A stretch of DNA of 64,000 nt from Nitrospiraceae bacterium (GTDB lineage: Bacteria > Nitrospirota > Nitrospiria > Nitrospirales > UBA2166). The notes beneath the pieces are model-generated. The model ran no database searches. It was not told where the DNA came from and worked only from the letters and a program-made list of their open reading frames with translations. Within the stretch, counting starts at the first letter, position 1; the number at the start of each line of letters is the position of its first letter. This document shows, one piece after another, positions 61,078 through 64,000 of this stretch. A program made the translations under genes and the position numbers. Location of the stretch: positions 19,010-83,009 of the forward strand of contig PBSN01000002.1 of assembly GCA_002726235.1 (NCBI GenBank), given 5' to 3'.

Positions 61078-63290
61078 ACCCTCACCTTCCGATACCAGGA
61101 GATGAGATCGGGTAACGCATCAGAAAATGATACCAACGGATTGTAGCCCAACTCCGACGAGATACGATCCGAACTATACCAGGCCGACCCAATTAATTTA
61201 TCGATCGCCAAAGAATCGAATATGCAACGCTTCCTCTGCACATACCCGACTAGGTCACCGACCAACCCCAGTATCTTGAGCGTCCCTATCGGTATATGCC
61301 ACACAGGCACCTGTTTCCCAAGACCAATGCAGATCCATTCATATAACTCACGAGTCGAATATGGCACACCATCTGTCACGATATAACGTTGGCCATCTGC
61401 CCGTGCCGTGGTCGCCGCTAAAATAGCTGCTTCCACCACGTTAGATACATGGACCATACTACGGAGATTCTTTACATCAGGAAAAGGAGGAAAGAGTCCA
61501 CGGTCAATTGCGTCTATCATGCGAAGCAGATTGCCGGCATTTCCAGCGCCGTAAACCAAAGGAAGACGTAAACAGACCGTATGCAATCCAGCGCGCCTCC
61601 CATAATCAATGACTAATTCCTCCGCGTCGAGCTTTGACTTTCCATATCGCGTTACTGGCTGGCCTGTGGAAGATTCACTGAAACACTCTGACGTGTCTTC
61701 ACCCATGGTCTTAACGCTACTAAAGAACACGAACCGTTTGATTCCACATTGCACTGCGGACTCGATAACATTCCGCGTACCATCCACATTGACCTTATGG
61801 TAGGTATTGTCTAGGTCTTCCATGTCAAACATCTCATGGCCTTTCCCTGCCAAATGAAACACCGTGTCACTGCCTAACATGGCTTTGTTTATGCTGTTGA
61901 AATCTTGAAGTTTTCCGACAGCAACCTCCACATCCTGTGGCCATGTCCGTTGAGATGAGTTATCACGAACAAGCACTCGTACGCTACATCCCATCTGAAG
62001 AAGAGCTTCAACAAGATTTCCTCCGATAAACCCTCCTGCACCAGTGACAAGAGCTCTTAACCTTAATTTTCCACGATGATATTGTATGGACCTCTGTCGA
62101 TTCTTATACAACAAACTCCCTGCCATTCCATCTCGAGAAGATATTTCCAGGCTTCTTCCTGTCGCCTCCTCATACAGCATGATCGTTTGCTGAATGATCA
62201 TTTCCAAACTGAATTCATTCTCTGCGATAATTCGTCCACGCTCGCCCATCCGCTGCCGTAACGAGGAGTCTCTGATCAGCTGCAAAAGTGCTTCCGCTAA
62301 CGCCTCAGCATTCCGAGGAGGCACTAAAAACCCGTTGTCACCGTGACGCACGATTTCCCGACAACCCGGCGCGTCGGAAGTGACAATCGGCCGCCCAGCC
62401 GCTGCGGCTTCAATCAGAGATTTCGGCAACCCTTCGCGATAAGAAGGCAAACACACAATGTGACTTTCACCTAACAATTTTGGCATGTTTTGTACCCAGC
62501 CAAGATGCTCAATAATCCCTTCTTCATCCCACTGAAAAATCTGATCTCCCGACACCGATGAAGGATTGTCTTTGTCTGGCTCCCCGGCAAATACAAAGCG
62601 CGCCGCAACCCCCTGCTGGCGAAGCAATCGGGCGGCTATGGCAAACTCCCCCACGCCCTTGTCCCATAACAACCGCGCAGGCAAAACAACCACCGGAACT
62701 CCGCTTGGCTCTGGCTGTGGAAAAAAGCTCTGCAAGTTGACACCTGAGCCAGCAATGCGACGGATACGCGCTTCTGGCACGCCTAATTGAACCAGCAACT
62801 GCGCGTCGTCGTGGTTTTGTACCAAAGCCACTCCAGACCGCAACAGATAGGTAAGCCCCCAACCCACAATGGGCTTGAGCCAGCGAGCTGCCCCGGCACC
62901 TGAAGTGAACAGCCAACCCATACCAGTCAACGCATTGACCACATGCGGAACGCGAGCCACGCGCACGGCAATACTGCCGTACAACACAGGTTTCATCGCG
63001 ACATGATGCACAATATTCGGCCGTTCACGCATGTACAGAAAGATCAACCGCAACAGCGTCCAAAGCTCCTGCAATGGATTGATGCCACCTCGCGAAAGTT
63101 CAAACGGGATAAGCCTCAATCCAGCATCACGGATAACATCCCCATATTCACGAACGCGAGTTGCAACACTGACGTCATATCCTTTGTTCTTGGCAGCAAC
63201 AGCAAGTGGGAGACGGTGTGAGACGAAATACCAGTCTTCCGTCACAACAAACAACAACTTCTTCCTCTGGCGAACAGTTTTCCTCTCCAT
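61074..63290 (-). CDS. fusion of a GT4 glycosyltransferase and an NAD-dependent epimerase/dehydratase
   Basis: N-terminal VTEDWYFVSHRL, ARLLWDKG, PSYREGLPKSLIEA. C-terminal LVTGAGGFIG, FFSSVK, YGKSK, LPLVYG. No internal stop. Confidence 0.88.
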   Translation of the reverse strand: MERKTVRQRKKLLFVVTEDWYFVSHRLPLAVAAKNKGYDVSVATRVREYGDVIRDAGLRLIPFELSRGGINPLQELWTLLRLIFLYMRERPNIVHHVAMKPVLYGSIAVRVARVPHVVNALTGMGWLFTSGAGAARWLKPIVGWGLTYLLRSGVALVQNHDDAQLLVQLGVPEARIRRIAGSGVNLQSFFPQPEPSGVPVVVLPARLLWDKGVGEFAIAARLLRQQGVAARFVFAGEPDKDNPSSVSGDQIFQWDEEGIIEHLGWVQNMPKLLGESHIVCLPSYREGLPKSLIEAAAAGRPIVTSDAPGCREIVRHGDNGFLVPPRNAEALAEALLQLIRDSSLRQRMGERGRIIAENEFSLEMIIQQTIMLYEEATGRSLEISSRDGMAGSLLYKNRQRSIQYHRGKLRLRALVTGAGGFIGGNLVEALLQMGCSVRVLVRDNSSQRTWPQDVEVAVGKLQDFNSINKAMLGSDTVFHLAGKGHEMFDMEDLDNTYHKVNVDGTRNVIESAVQCGIKRFVFFSSVKTMGEDTSECFSESSTGQPVTRYGKSKLDAEELVIDYGRRAGLHTVCLRLPLVYGAGNAGNLLRMIDAIDRGLFPPFPDVKNLRSMVHVSNVVEAAILAATTARADGQRYIVTDGVPYSTRELYEWICIGLGKQVPVWHIPIGTLKILGLVGDLVGYVQRKRCIFDSLAIDKLIGSAWYSSDRISSELGYNPLVSFSDALPDLISWYRKVRV

Positions 63291-63314
63291 GCAATCAGTA
63301 CTCTCTTGTTTTGA

Positions 63315-63998
63315 TTAGCCTTGCTCCATCAACCACGCCTGAAACATTAGCACATTCCACAAATGATACTGCCAATTACGATGACCACTGAGATGCTCAG
63401 CCCATTTCTTTCTGATAGGTACTGGATTGAAAAAACCTTTCTTTTGCAGGGCCGAATCATCCAACAAGTCTTCCGCCCATTCACGCAACGGCCCGCGTAG
63501 CCAAGTGCCAATAGGAACACTAAATCCCATTTTGGGCCGTTCAGTCAGTTCATTAGGTACATACTTGTTAAGGAGTTGCCGCAAGATCCACTTCCCTTTG
63601 CCATTACGAATCTTCATATGCAAGGGAAGACTCCAAGCAAATTCTACCACCCTATGATCCAAGAATGGCACTCGCGTCTCCAGTGACGCTCCCATTGACG
63701 CACGATCAACTTTGCAGAGAATATCACCAGGCAAATATGTCACCGCGTCGAGCGCCATCATCCGATGCTCTGGAGCGTCAAAATAAAGCAATTCTTCACA
63801 AATATGCGATAGAGCCTTACCATCATACTCGCCCACAACCGGCCCTATGGAATCTGACCAGATTGACACTAGGTGCTGATAAATTTCTTCACCCGATACC
63901 GCCGACAGCACCGATGCCAACTTGTAAGCTTTATCGCCCACCAGGTGCATTTTCGGCGCACCAGGATAGACGGTCTGCAGAGCAACATATAACCGATC
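63315..63998 (-). CDS. asnB: asparagine synthase-like amidotransferase, C-terminal part (partial; runs off the window)
   Basis: YLPGDILCKVDRASM..SLETRVPFLD, RPKMGFSVP, LWNVLMFQAW; frame stays open to the window edge. Confidence 0.92.
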   Translation of the reverse strand, partial: DRLYVALQTVYPGAPKMHLVGDKAYKLASVLSAVSGEEIYQHLVSIWSDSIGPVVGEYDGKALSHICEELLYFDAPEHRMMALDAVTYLPGDILCKVDRASMGASLETRVPFLDHRVVEFAWSLPLHMKIRNGKGKWILRQLLNKYVPNELTERPKMGFSVPIGTWLRGPLREWAEDLLDDSALQKKGFFNPVPIRKKWAEHLSGHRNWQYHLWNVLMFQAWLMEQG

Positions 63999-64000
63999 CC

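Overview
A mostly housekeeping 64-kb bacterial chromosome segment, very probably from a Nitrospirota (Nitrospira-like) autotroph. The main evidence is a five-subunit For-type 2-oxoglutarate:ferredoxin oxidoreductase operon (rTCA cycle) and the nusA-infB-DUF503-rbfA-truB-rpsO-pnp-M16 peptidase order. The window holds cofactor and one-carbon genes (proA 3' end, nadD, rsfS, bioB, panB, metF-like, folD, folB fusion), PBP1A, asnS, dsrE2-tusA, an HDAC/pentaheme cytochrome c/rhodanese operon, pstC-pstA-pstB, treZ, tRNA-Thr(CGT), tRNA-Asn(GTT), HU, uvrA, comEA and the distal part of a surface-polysaccharide cluster. I found no CRISPR array, rRNA, integrase or transposase. Signals not explained by the ORF track: (1) a dispersed ~190-bp CTAG-bounded MITE-like element in three degenerate copies, two of which overlap gene stop codons; (2) a decayed FlhB-C-like pseudogene and other possible remnants; (3) a rimP-type leader hairpin with no rimP gene; (4) an rsfS with no canonical start codon; (5) FolB-methyltransferase and GT4-epimerase fusions. 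The best candidate for an uncharacterised system is the putative sulfur-transfer/redox module (pentaheme cytochrome plus rhodanese, with dsrE2-tusA nearby). That function is inference. All calls come from motif recognition by eye, with no database searches.
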